DNA of 64,000 nt. Source: Oculina patagonica. Its lineage: Eukaryota. The DNA lies in contig NC_135761.1 of assembly GCF_052425735.1 (NCBI RefSeq), positions 45,570,001-45,634,000 on the forward strand, read 5' to 3'. A program made the position numbers and the translations under genes. Under the pieces are notes generated by a model. That model did not search any database. It saw only the letters and a list, made by a program, of their open reading frames with translations, and was not told the origin of the DNA. This document shows, in pieces, positions 11,897 through 24,073 of the stretch; position 1 is the first letter of the stretch, and each line of letters opens with the position of its first letter.

Positions 11897-14800
11897 TCAG
11901 TGAAAATGGGCCTACACGAAAACTTGCTTACCTATTTTTTCCATTGCTGATGTTAAAATAAAGAAAGCTCGCTGAGCAGATGATTCCTACAGCTGCCATA
12001 AGCCACATGATTATTATCAGTGGCAGCGGTATCATCATAAACTCCAAATTTTGGACTGTGTGATCCTTGGGCGGTTTATTGTCTGAAAAACAGGAACGTG
12101 ACATTTCATTTATCTCACGGGGACGTTTTGTACCTTGATTGTTTATCAAACACAGTTGTACGTTCGGATAAGTTTGTTCAAAACTGAAACTTTTTGCAAG
12201 AAGATGATAAGATATAAATCAAGGGCGAATTAAGCGGGGGCAGAAGGGGCCGCGGCCCCCCGTTTTCTTTAGATTTCTGTGGGTATGGGGCGAGGTGGTT
12301 ACCTGGCCGAAATGTTTTCGCCCTCCCCCCAACTCCTTTGTAAATTTTCTAGACCCGCCACTGTGAGTAGAAAGTCCATTGTATTCTCTTTGGAATAATA
12401 ATAAAAAAATCGTTACCTGGCCATATGCTGTCTCGTTGAGAGTCAAATATGTGAAGCTCGTCAGAGAAGGTGAAGTGCTGACCAATTCTGGTCTCATCAC
12501 CTGAAACGTAAATAAGCAATTACCAAAATTCAATTAATGATTAATAATCAATACTGTTTAGCCAGGTTTACCAAAAAAATGGAATCTTATTGCAGGGTTT
12601 TTATTGTTTTTGTTTTTTTCACTACCGAAGTTGTGAAAAAGCGAGTTACAACACCTTATGGTCTAGTTATCGAGATGTCATGGTGAAATCTTTATGGAAC
12701 CCAACCTGCCTTCCCTCTGGAACGCCCGCCGCACTAAACTGATACGTTTCAAAGACACTGGGACTGTGTCACGGATTTTACCTAATTATTGGCCTGGTAA
12801 AGGACCATCAAATTCGTTGAAATATAAAAATAACCTCTCAGGAAACAGTGAAGGAACATTTTAATAACACACCAAATACAAAAGAAGGTATGGATGACCA
12901 AAAGCGACAACGACTGAAACGGATTGCAATATGAGTTTTTGAAATGTTGTTGGGCTGAACAGTTTTCAAAGTTAATCTTGTTTGCTTGTAACATTAAATT
13001 ATAATGCCCGGGAGACACATTTGGTTGCAGTAAAATAAAATAAAATAAAATAAAATAAAATAAAATAAAAGAAATATATGTTTATAGTGGTCATGCACTT
13101 AGCTTCATATCTCAACTAGATAGCTAGTTTACAGGCATGCCACTGAAACAGAGGAAAAGGTTGTTATTTACATCCATAGAAGTAATTTGTTTTTGCAAAC
13201 ATGAGGTTTCATAGCGATATTTGGCAAAACTTAATAAAATAAACTTAACTCAGCCGTGTCACTGAGTCCCTTTTTAAAAGACTAACCCTACCTCCTTTAT
13301 TTTGTTTGATAAGGACTGTTCCCACACGTTCTTTATTTTGGTCAAACCCAACAGGGCCCTGTAAAAAACAAACAAACCTTACTTCTCAACTGCTTTTTGT
13401 GGTTTATTACAATTTGACTACTACATTAGATTCTTCCGACGCTATTTGCTTGTTATACCAACAACAACAAGCTTTATTTGCATGACTACGTAGAAGTTTG
13501 GTAGTATTGCGAAAGCTACTTGAATTTAATTACATATAATTTCATTAACTAGGATAATTAGTTAAGTTGGAAATAACATAACACAACAAAGAAAATAATA
13601 ATATTAATAATAACAATAATCTAAGAAAGAATTACTAACAATAATTGTTCATTTAACTATTCGAAGTGGTGATCATTGTAACGAGATTGTCTCTCAATTC
13701 AAAGCATGCTGAGATAAATGAGATCAGCTTAATGTTTACAAAGTAGTCAGTGGAATTCATAAGATGTGATAATAGGGTTTCGCGTGGTAGTAATCGTAGT
13801 AATGGAAGTTTGGATTCTATTTTAGAGAAGAATATGTCTCGTATCTGAGTATAAGCTGGGCAATCTAACAAAAAGTGAGTTTCATCTTCAATTTTGTTAC
13901 AATTGCAGAAGTTGCATATTCTTTCATACCGGAACTTTTATTTTAATCGGCCATTAGCATTTGCAACTTTTTTTCTGCGTTTTTGAATCAAATTGAGAAT
14001 TTGCATAAGTAATAGACATTCTCGACATTTATTGGCGAGTATTTCCATTCAAAAAAGTGAACGAGAAACTCCATTTTTCCGTTTTGTTTTTCTTTTACTT
14101 ACTGTGATTCCTTGAAAGTTGGTGTTCGCGATCCACTTTTTGATCTGTAGAACTTCCTTCCAGGTGCGCTTTTGAAGATTTTCATATGTCATTCCATCGG
14201 CAAAAGAAGCATTCAGAGTGAGTGCGATCACCCATGCCGCATCAAATGCGTATGCAGAATCCTTTCTGAGTCTTGTGCTGTTATTTAACCTGACCATTTC
14301 ACTCCAGAAGCTTTCCGAAGTCTGAGAAACCATTAAAGAAAAAATGGGTTTGTTATATTTTATGTTAGTTAAAATGTGACAACCTTCAGTCGGTGTCTAC
14401 TGATATAAGAACCGGTCCAGAAGGCTTGTTCGCCAATCCAGAGATAAGTTTCCAAGGTTGTTATGTAAGGCCGTAGGTGGTGGTAAGTTAACGTATTTAT
14501 AGCGACCATCCCCTAATTTACCAAGCTCTGTAAGCAGACTACATTATTCTCAATATATCAATCCAGGTTCTGACGTTTAGGTTTTAAGAGTGAAATAATT
14601 AATCGCCAAAGAGAATTCGTCGAGCTGTAACATTTAATTTTCCCATGTTATATTACAGGAAAGATGCTGGGACCAATTAAGTATATGATATATACAGTAA
14701 AAACCCGCGTATAAGAACAAGTGAATTAAGAACACCCAGGTCTGATTTTAGGAAATAAAGTACCATTTATATAAGAACACATTCAGCCTGAAAAATGAAA

Positions 14801-17800
14801 GTTGTTCTTATATGGAAAAATATCAAAGATCAACACTACGTTTCATTGCACACATAATAGTTCCATCCCAATTACAGTACAGCATTGCCTTGATTTATCA
14901 ATTTTGTTAAAATTAAAATACAATTGTGTGCATATATATTGATTTCATCTATTGGTAGCCTAGTATGTTCCTTATTTTAAGAAACTTTTTTTTAAGAACA
15001 CTTAAGAACACTTACAGGCTGATTTTGCAGATTATAACCCTTTATATAAGAACCAAATCAGCCTGAACCGCCAAAATAGGTGTTCTTATACGCGGGTTTT
15101 TACTGTATAAATAAATAGACACAGTGACCCAATGGTAACACTTCGGATTTAGCAGTCAGGGTTTAGTGGGAGTCATTTTCGTGTAATGTGTTATATAGGA
15201 CCAGATGCTTTTCTATCAAAGTGTCGTTCTCCCTCCGGGATGGGGTGGGGGTACTCTCTTATATAACCTATATAGGTACGTGCTGCGCCAAAGGCTATGG
15301 TTTTTGAGCCAATTTGGTCTGAAAAAGGGGATGATTAAACTATTTTTTATGATTGTTTTAATTCATCCCTTGAATAGTGCGATTAAAATATATTTGTTTG
15401 CACAAACCAAAGCAGTTCCTGGGTAGAGTCTGATCTGAAATGTGGTAGGGAGAAACGAACGTATATTTTGGAGCGAAATAGGGTAATCGGGTTTGAGGAA
15501 TCGCGCAGCACACCCCTGTAAAAAGTTATACACTAAGTTCTTGTTCGGGAATGAGAGAGAAAAGACAAGCCCTGATTCAAGATGGCGGTTTAACAAGAAG
15601 TACTTTATTCGGAACGAGGCTCTCACGTGGGCACGCCACGAGGCTGTGACAGTGTCACGCAATAACAATATTGTCACAACCCCCACCCAAGTTTCTGGAG
15701 AGTACTTTCAACGGGCCTTCCCCACTCAGGAGTATAAATTGGTACTTGCGACCACACTAAATGCTGGGGGGGGGGGGGGGGGGGGTAAGCGGTCTAGCAT
15801 CATTCGTGGGTGGGGGTGCGGGAAAGCAATACCTTCCTACTGCAGAAACCGGACTGACGGACCGCCTTGCCATGTTGATAGCAAGGATTGAAATTTCACT
15901 GCTCGTTCTTTTAAAAACTTACCATTCCAGATAAGGTTTTGTGGTCGTCCTGACGAATGTCTAGCTTGATCGTTGAAATGTAACGATCAGCTGCTTGTTT
16001 TAGCTCATCACTTTTACACTTTTTAAAAGAGCCGAGCTTGGAGTCTTCGGGAAAAATTTGAATTGGCTTTAACTCGCCAAATATTACCCAGGCATAGTGT
16101 GATCCATACATTTTCTGTTTAAAAGCCTGTCAAGAAGACAACAAGTACTGGTTGAACGTCAAGTAGATAGATAGATAGATCGCTATATAATATGGATATT
16201 TTTTAAGAAGTAGCAATGGATAAATGAAAAGGATATGACTGATAATATTAATTTTAAATTGCTGGGCTACTTGTAGCCGGCCTGCGATAGCAGACGTATT
16301 TCCAGCTGTCGCTATTGGCGGAGACAAGTGACAGCCGGAAATACGCAGGCTAGGATACTTGCTAAGTAAACAACAGTTCTTTCGTGAGATTATTCACACC
16401 CTCACTGCTGTAGCCTTTTTTAACGACTGATTGCAGAATACAAGTCAGTAGTTTTGCAGGTGACTGGCAAGTCACTCATACAGTTGGTCGGTTGGTCGAA
16501 AGGTCGTAAACTTTTAATTCCGCTGACCGGTGGAAGAAAATTCGGCATTCATTCGGTGATGAAATGTCGGTTAAATGTGAAGCTCAGTGAAAACAAAAAC
16601 TATGGTTGTTATGGCTTTACTTACATAAAATGAACACGGGCTTCTAGGAAACAAATCAGTCTAGGTCTTTTTTCAATAACGCGTTACTTTTATAGCATCA
16701 GTGCTTCTAATTTTTTCTCACAGTGAAACTCATGGGAGCTCTTTCGATCTCGCTTTTTGGGATTATACCGTAACGATAGAAAGGGAAAATCAAAGCCCAA
16801 CCAGCAAAAAGAAAAACTGAGACAGTTTTAATTAAAAACTAACCAATCAGTGACTCCCTTTCCCACGGAGGAAAAAGAGAACCCTATTGCACGTTCACTG
16901 CCCGTTTCGAGTCACAAAAGCACGCCAATAAATTTGTCTGCTACGTACCCTGTAGTTTTTCAGTGCTAGCTTAACCTTTTTATTTATGAAAGCAAACTAA
17001 CTTACCTCGCAGAAGACATATCTGGCTCCAACGTAGCCGAACTCACCAATAATGATCCTAGCGTCCAGTGACTGATTGCAAAAGAAAGAAATGAATTTAG
17101 TTACACAAGGCTGCGATCGAGTACTACTAGGGGCCATGATCGTGGACGATTATGGCCCCTTGTACTACAAAACAACGAGAGGTCTTCTGGGAAGTAGCAG
17201 AGCATGAGAGCCCCTGACTGGGGCGCTCTATATTGCCAGTGTGATGAAACAACACCGCTACTAGCAATCCTTTTGCTGAAATACAAAAATCCGTGCACTC
17301 GTCCTTAGCAATGGGCGCAAGTTTTATCCTGAAAATATTGAGTTTGCGCATGAGGATGGCAACAAACGACGTGACGAGTGTTCCCCTCACCCACAAACAA
17401 CTGTAAATAAAATAGGAAACAGTGTGCTGTTCTTTCTCTTGATTTCTTAAGTAGCTTCAAAACTGGGAATATGTTTGCTGTCTCTAGACGATCAGCAAAA
17501 TAAAAAAATAGTGTAATGTGTGTGTTAGAATCGAAAATAGTATTCTCGTCGAATTTCATTTTGACGCGTACGAAAGTCATATCAGAACCGCGCCGCTCGC
17601 GTGTTAACTTCCTCTAGTTATGATGCTGATGCCAAAGATCTAATACGACAACTGGGTTGGAAAGATTTGTGTACCCAGCGTCAAATTCAGAAAGCCTTAA
17701 TGGTATTTAAATCTTTAAATGGTTTGGTCCCTGAATACCTATCGTCTAAATTTCTAAAACGTAACGGAATGCACTATTCTCTAAGGGATTCCGATAACAA

Positions 17801-20800
17801 ACTGGTTGTACCTCATCCACGAACTAACTATATGAAAAATAGCTTTAGTTACAGTGGTGCAACTCTCTGGAACAGCCTACCCTGTAATCTCAGGATGATA
17901 AAATCCTTTTATCAATTTAAAAGTAAAGTTAGACACGGCATTCATGGAAAACAGGATTAGTTTAATGGATTTACGTCTTCAATTTTTATTAATTAGTATT
18001 CATTAATGTAATTAATGTAATTAAGTAGTATCTTCCTGATGTTTTTAACCGTGTATAAAGAAATGTAATAAATAAATAACAAATAAATAAATAAAATATC
18101 CATGCATCAGATGCTAAACGCGCCACTCATGATGTACGTCTTGTGTTCAGTAGGGATGTTTGGATCAATTTAGGTTTCTGGGAAACTGCTCACCTACCCC
18201 TCCCCAAACCTAACATTAACCCTTACTTATCGCTTTGAGCAAAATGTTAGGTTTGGGGAGGGGTAGGTGAGCAGTTTCCCAGAAACCTAAATTGATCCGG
18301 ATGTTTTTGGTTTTGACCGTTTGATGCCCCGTTCCTCTTCTGAGTGGCAAACAAGAAAATTGCAGTATCTCGAGTTTTTCCATTTGAATGTCAGTGTCAA
18401 AACAAGAAAAATACCTTGAGCTTTTCCATTTGAAAACTGAGATCGCCGCGCTGTTCGAATCCTTCCACTGCAATGATGCTGATATTGTTCTTCTCCAGCT
18501 CAACTTTAAGCTTCGCCACTGTCTGGAAGTCGATTATGAAAAATCGAAATGTTGGTAAGTTCGCTACTTAATACCTCATTTTCATTTCTTACTCACTTAC
18601 TACTCACGAAATGATAACCGAGTTACTAGATTTGATAACTTCCAAATCTATTTGTATTTGCGGAGTTTAAAAGATTAAATCTTTATCTTAAGGTAAAGTG
18701 AACATTAAAGTCGACTACACCAGAACTGTCGACTGCCTGGACTCAGGAAACTTTAAACCTAAGCTTTCTTTTAATTTTTAATCTTTAGTTTTTTATTTTC
18801 CTTCTTATTCTTTTTCGCTTTCGCGTCCAAACCGTTGCAGCTGACAAGCTCGAAACTACTGAGCAGATTACAAAATAAGCTACTGCAGTTGTAAGTTTGC
18901 ATGTCGCTTAAAACTATGTTGCGTTAACATAGCATTAAAACCAAAGAGCGCACGGAGACTGTGTTCATTAAGTTAAACAAGCAATAGAGCAACTGTACCG
19001 GCGAAAAGAACTCCGGATCGTATTCGTGCAGTATGGCAACTCTTTTCCAACCATAATGTTTGATGAAGGCCACCTTTGCTTTGCTGTATGACGTCGACGA
19101 AGGAGCGGCTCGGTAAGTGTTAGGATAGAGTAACCGGCTCTCAAATTTAGGTGAACCTGATGCATACGAAACCTGAAGAAAACGAGAAAGAATCGTTTAT
19201 ACAATAACCGAGTTACTGCGCGCGTTGTGATTGATTGATGCCTGTGACGTCATGACGTCACTGTGTGGTGTGACTCGCGCACGTGATCAGAGTTCATAGT
19301 CAAAATCAGTGTTGTCGGCAAAGACGTCAAAATGTGGTAAGAACATCAGTGACACACTCGCCTAACGGCTCGTGGGCCACTTTTTTTGTCCTTACCACAT
19401 TTTGACGTCATCTGTGATCTATAAATGAACAGACACACGGCAAAATAGAATCTATTTGTTAATTAGTTACCCAGTTATTGCTCATTGTAAACTGTATAGA
19501 ATGGCATTTTGGTGATACTCAGATATAACCCAGTTATGTCATGCTATTAAACTTTCATCAAGATTTCTCTCCTGTAGCTGCCATAGATGGGTAAATAAAA
19601 AACAAATGTAAGGCCTGTACATTTCTCGAGGGAAGATAAACTTAGTTAATGACATTGTCAATTTTTTTAAAATACCTTGCTAGCCCTGTCTTCACTCAGC
19701 TCATGAAAGCTGTTAAAATTGTAAATCGCTACTGAACCCGTATATTTCCTTCGAGAGTGGATGCTTAAGAGGGGTTCGACTGTATAGCCAAGTAAGTTAA
19801 TTAGTCGAGAAAGAGTATACATTAAATTAAAGGTGAATTAGAAAAAGCAAGTTACGAAGTAACTTACCATTTAAATACACTATTTAAATTCTCCTACGGC
19901 TGCTTTTATTAAGCACTAATAACTAACAAAAAAATTACCAGCAAGGTTTAGTAGTAGAATATTAAATGTGTGGTAAATCTCATTTTTTTAGGAATTCTGG
20001 GTATATTTTGTGAAGCAAATACATGCAAAATAATCGTGACAAGTCGACGTTTCGGCATCATCTTGACGCCATTCTCAAGACTAAAATAAAACTAAATATG
20101 CACTGTCCTTTAAGAGTTTCTAAATTTGCATAAAGCAAAAATTCTTACAAAAATGTTTTTGCACGGACAGAATCCGTTTGCTTGTTTAGTATTGGTTTAA
20201 GTTTGCGAATAAAAAGCATCTCTTTGATTAGACAATCCACTTTGTTCTTATACTCAGCAAGCACGTGAAATTGGTTTAATAGAGACACAGCATTGGAACA
20301 TTGTGATCGTCCACGTAATGCTTGTAAATGGACGACGATTTCTGTTTATGTCCGTCAACACGTTGGTGCAAGTGGCCCCGAGTGTAACCAACATAGCCCG
20401 CATCGCACAGGCCACATTGAAATTTATAATCTAAACATTGTTGGTTAACAATGGTTGGCTTGATTTCTTGCACTTTGAGGTCTTCCTGTAATTTGCGGCT
20501 GATTTGGTTACACTCGGGGCCACCTGCACCAACGTGTTAAACGTATTTTAGTCTTGAGAATGGCGTCAAGATGATGCCAAAACGTCGACTTATTACAATT
20601 AATTTCGTATGTATTTGCTTCACAAAATCGGATCAAACTGGGTATATTTATTCTTGAGAAGAGCATCCATACCTGAACGAGTTTCCACAGGGGAGCAGCC
20701 TCTGCTACGGGCTCCAGAGCCTTTGTACTTGAAGGTCCAAGTAATATAACAGGTTTTTTGTTCTTGTTTAGAAGTTTGAAAAATGCAACTGTGGCGTATG

Positions 20801-23800
20801 CACCATTGTCCTGGAGAATAGAAAAGGATTGTCATTATCGACAATATAATAAGAACCTAATCTAAAACCTTGAGCATGTTTATGAATGGCCGATAACACA
20901 AATTATTACGCGACTAAGAGAGTCAGGCGCCAATACCAAAATCAACCAATCAGATTGTTCCATTACCGAATATTGGACCGGGTATTCTCCCGAATGATCC
21001 CGCACGTAATGAACTGATGGATCACAAAGGTAAACTTAACTTACATGATAAACACTCACGTACTTTTTATCTTTGTTTAACAGCGTTTGGAAATTCTTTT
21101 CCGACCGAAACACTCTTTGGGTCCTCGATTTATTATACAGAATCAATCATAACACTTAAAGGTCTAATTATACAGAGAAGGCGATAAAATCCGAAATTGG
21201 CAATTAACATTGGACCCGAAATTGCCTTACAGTCACGTTAGGATATATTGTGATACAAATGAGAAACGTCATCCGTTAAGAGGGCCATCGGATGTTACCA
21301 TATTTTTTGTTAAGGCTATTATGTGCAATACACTTGGCCTCACAAAACGCACACATCACTTGTCAATAAATAATAGTTAAGAAGTTGTCGAAAAGTCGGG
21401 AAAAGTAAGCAGAGCCGTAACTAACAAGAGGCAAGACGAGGCCCTTGCCCTGTCTAGAGTTTAACCCAAAATTACAAAAAAATATGTTTAACTGGGAAAA
21501 TAATCCCCAGTCGAACAAGATTGACTTTTCTCAAGAACTACGTCATGAAAAATGTCTCTGAAAGAGTTTCAGAGCTTCTAGATTTCACCATCTTTCTTTT
21601 CAACATCTTGATGGGCACGAGCCAGGATAAATTGACAACATTTCTCCTGGAGAGTTTTTGTCACAAAGCCTTTGTCTGTCGAGTCTCAAAGGATTGGTTG
21701 GTAGAAAACATAAAAAATGACACTTCTAAATGTTCTTTATGTGAAACAAGAAGTGTTAAGTCAGCTGCGTATGTTTCTTCCGTTCGTTTCTTTGGGTTAA
21801 TGGATTGGTTTGTCAATATTTTCAGTAATTAAAAGAAATGACAATTAAAGAAAGTTGCTTCCTCAAAGAACAAACACAAAGCTCAAATGCATGGTTGACA
21901 TAAACTTCAGGACCAAAAGTTTTTAGAAGGAAAAAGCAACTTAACCTTTTAAGCCCCATGTTTTCAAAAATATACATTTTCTCATTTTGTTTACGTTGAC
22001 CTGCATTTCCCATGAGATGTCAAGAAATTCATGTTTTGCGATCAGCTCTATTGTTCTGCAATGATAATTTTAATTTTAGACTATACAGCAAATTTTAGTC
22101 AAATCAGACTTTCCAGCTGAGCACAGCGAGAACTTAGTGAACTCTAAGATTTAAATGATTCCAAGCATGCCTTTTAAAGATTTCACAGCTCCAAGACCTC
22201 TCATACAAATTTCCTGCAAAAATCGATTTATGAACCCAAACATAGTTTTAAGAATAATGTAGATTAATGGTCAACTTGTGGGCCTTAACACTTTCAGCCA
22301 TAGATTTCAACCCATTTCACTGAAAGCACCAAAGTGCTTTTTTGCATTCGCTATGAAATGCTTTTTTGGGTGTTAATGTTTCTGTTGGATATTTTTTATC
22401 ATACCTCCCACACAGTGGCATTATTAAAATGAGACCCACACAACACGACCTAACTCAATCTGGATAAATAATATACTTCTGCATATACTTGGTCAAGATT
22501 TTTGTCTCCCACAATGTTTCATAAAGAAAATGAGAGAAATTAGCCACTTCTTTTAGGAGGTAACTAACAAGAGTGCTCTTGAAAAATATTGTATTTTTAA
22601 TTTATTATTTATTCGGCAAAACTGCGGTTAAATATCTTTGAATCAGTTGCTTCAGACCTTTCTTTAATTAAAAGCACAATGAAGCTTCAAACAAGAACTG
22701 ACAGAATAACAGTTCACTTATACGATCTATTCATTTCAACCGGAACAACGTCACAACAGTGCTTTGAAATTGAAAAGCAAAACACTCAACAATCAACACC
22801 GCTTATATTTTAAACGAGCGAAAATGTAACCAATTTATCTTTCGAAAGAGGAAAAGAAAAATGTTTAAAAAAAATCACTTGCTTTTTCGAATTTTACGAT
22901 TTTTCATCAGTGTTTTAAATGAAATAACTAGAATAGGATGATAGTTTCTTTCTCATTTTTGCACGAGAAACGTGAATACATCCGCGATTTAACGCAAAAA
23001 AAATACTCGCAAGCAGAAGTACCGACTTTAATTAATCAAGAAACCAAAATCTCTAAATATTTGAACGAGATCTGCATTTGTACAAAGGTACAATTATTCT
23101 TCAAATGTTCTATTTCTTTGAAGGTTATGTCCGCTAAAAGGTATGCCCTTTTGTTACTTTCAAATTTAAAATAAATAAATTTTAAAGACCGGGGTTAAAG
23201 AAGGGCTTATTCCATTTTCTTGAATAGTTTTGATTTGTTGCTCAACACAAGGTTTAATCCAACAGAAGCCTGGCAAATTTGGAAACAAAAGATACTATAG
23301 CGCTTCTGTAAAGGATTAGTCTAGCTTGATTTTAAACCAAGTACTAAATTATTCGTTGTCGGTTTTCCAAAATCGACCGCTAGCAATAAACGACCCAACA
23401 GGAGGTTCCATTGATAAAAAAAGAGAGTTGATGAAATGGTAGATAGCATCGACATTTCCCCCAATCTCACGGCAGTAAATATGCTAGAGATGTTGCTGTA
23501 AACGGTGAAATAATTAACAATAAAAAACTTCATTAATTTATTGCAGATGAAAACTGCATCAGTATAAGAAATGTAGTATAAATCTCAGAAAGAAAATAAG
23601 CGGAATAAAAACTCAACACTTACCCAATGCGAATCTTCAGAGTCCAAAACCAGTGTATAATTATCCAAAATATCAGTTCTGTTGTTTATGAGAGCGATGG
23701 CCATCTTCATGGCATTAGAATATCCATACCTATCATCCGTCAAGAAAGGAACAAACGCACCTATATGAATTTCCTTTTTTCCCGGGTCCAAGATGTTTTC

Positions 23801-24073
23801 TGCAGGATCATCTTGACACGGCTTTACCGCAGTTACATTGAAACACGCCTTCATTGCCATTTTCTGCGTACATTGGGCGAGTGTCGTTGTATTTGTTGTG
23901 TTTTTCTTTTCTTGTGTTTTATTCCAACAGCGCAAATCACTTGAGTTGGATAATTTTTCACAGCACAGATCTGCATATGTTTCAAACTGTGAGCGACAAT
24001 ATGCAGCATTTTGAGCCAAAACCAGAATACACGCAAGACCAAGTAAAACTCCTGGACAGACTTTTCCCTTCAT
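3856..24073 (-). CDS. GABA-B receptor-like class C GPCR (Venus flytrap + 7TM), 16 coding exons, ~905 aa
   Basis: Exons 5'->3': 24073-23624, 20810-20673, 19172-18999, 18522-18415, 17071-17006, 16126-15923, 14321-14103, 13358-13292, 12500-12417, 12082-11932, 11400-11268, 10465-10355, 7070-6948, 6570-6232, 5749-5566, 4022-3856. All introns are GT-AG, phases are consistent, total 2718 nt, TAG stop at 3858-3856. Family motifs: signal peptide, IHIGAF, AEAAPLWKLVQVSY, DARIIIG, YAFDAAW, FQGITGPVGF, IKMSSPKLNN, GAMFSKTWRV, YKGILLLFGLFLAWETR, LNDSRYIGMSVYN, LVFVPK. The last exon is the least certain because it has no motif support. Confidence 0.95.
4560..5260 (-). mobile_element. Highly degenerate LINE endonuclease remnant
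   Basis: HVLDLIVTPR near 4645-4675 resembles the L2 endonuclease motif HTLDLVIT; many stops; boundaries approximate. Confidence 0.4.
7248..7285 (-). ncRNA. Minimal type I hammerhead ribozyme (U3-A8 variant) in Penelope pLTR
   Basis: Minus strand reads GAC-UUGAUAA-U-GGCG-uagaguag-CGCC-GAAA-CG-UC^GUC: stem I GAC/GUC, stem II GGCG/CGCC, and a palindromic ACGU minimal helix III. Confidence 0.8.
7417..9857 (-). pseudogene. Penelope RT-GIY-YIG ORF with one frameshift near 7659
   Basis: ORF 9857-7530 reads through the RT into VVYLFKCDLCDAN. The continuation YVGFTSRHLHQRIREH...PSLNTQ is in another frame (ORF 7671-7417). Confidence 0.88.
11143..11174. repeat. (CAA)n microsatellite, probable LINE tail
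   Basis: About 10 CAA units followed by TACTTTATTT and a short stem-loop. Confidence 0.8.
11848..11896. repeat. T20-G29 homopolymer junction
   Basis: Seen directly, ~35 nt inside the intron from the donor at 11931. Confidence 0.85.
12220..12363. mobile_element. Degenerate G/C-rich MITE
   Basis: Imperfect TIRs CAAGGGCG... / ...CGCCACTG around G and C runs. Confidence 0.5.
12760..13271. mobile_element. Second copy of the TTAA element, interrupted by a (TAAAA)n-tailed LINE 3' end
   Basis: Colinear with 33267-33646. The insert at ~13031-13160 shares CACTTAGC...AGCTAGTTTACAGG with the LINE tail at 52245-52270. Confidence 0.65.
13459..13930 (-). mobile_element. 3' fragment of a LINE (CCHC-type C terminus)
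   Basis: Minus strand reads ICNFCNCNKIEDETHFLLDCPAY...; (TTG)n tail at 13459-13470. Confidence 0.7.
14695..15105. mobile_element. Tc1/mariner-pogo type MITE
   Basis: Perfect 25-bp TIR CAGTAAAAACCCGCGTATAAGAACA, TA TSD, internal ATAAGAAC repeats. Confidence 0.88.
16274..16352. mobile_element. Short MITE with TAGCC...GGCTA ends and 9-bp TSD
   Basis: TSD GGCTACTTG / GGATACTTG (1 mismatch) and an internal foldback. Confidence 0.7.
17583..18095 (+). mobile_element. 3' fragment of CR1/L2-group LINE
   Basis: ORF remnant LGWKDL...MVFKSLNGLVPEYL...YSLRD...SFSYSGATLWNSLP and an (AAAT)n tail. Confidence 0.8.
18162..18298. mobile_element. Foldback MITE with 54-bp perfect TIRs and 8-bp TSD
   Basis: GGATCAATTTAGGTTTCTGGG... 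and its inverse. TSD GGATGTTT at 18154-18161 and 18299-18306. Confidence 0.88.
20042..20082 (-). ncRNA. Minimal type I hammerhead ribozyme (U3-A8 variant)
   Basis: Minus strand reads AGUC-UUGAGAA-U-GGCGUCA-aga-UGAUGCC-GAAA-CG-UC^GACU: 4-bp stem I, 7-bp stem II, intact core. Confidence 0.82.
20550..20590 (+). ncRNA. Hammerhead copy inactivated at G12 (GAAA->AAAA)
   Basis: Inverted copy of 20042-20082 that differs only by A at 20579 in place of the catalytic G12. Confidence 0.7.

Larger units (their letters stand above)
20005..20628 (-). mobile_element. 5'-truncated Penelope-like element with inverted pLTR
   Basis: Degenerate GIY-YIG 3' end at ~20140-20500 (YKFQCGLCDAGYVGYTRGHLHQRV). Inverted repeats of ~83 bp at 20005-20087 and 20546-20628. 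CTGGGTATATTT recurs at 19997-20008 and 20638-20649, a possible TSD. Confidence 0.85.

Noticed and set aside
14695-15105. CRISPR-like array from recurring ATAAGAAC
   Set aside because: Repeats are short, irregularly spaced and internal to a MITE; the context is eukaryotic with no cas genes.
7248-20082. Heterodimer between the two different Penelope hammerheads in one pre-mRNA
   Set aside because: Both share the ACGU helix III, but their stem I strands (GAC/GUC versus AGUC/GACU) are not cross-complementary.
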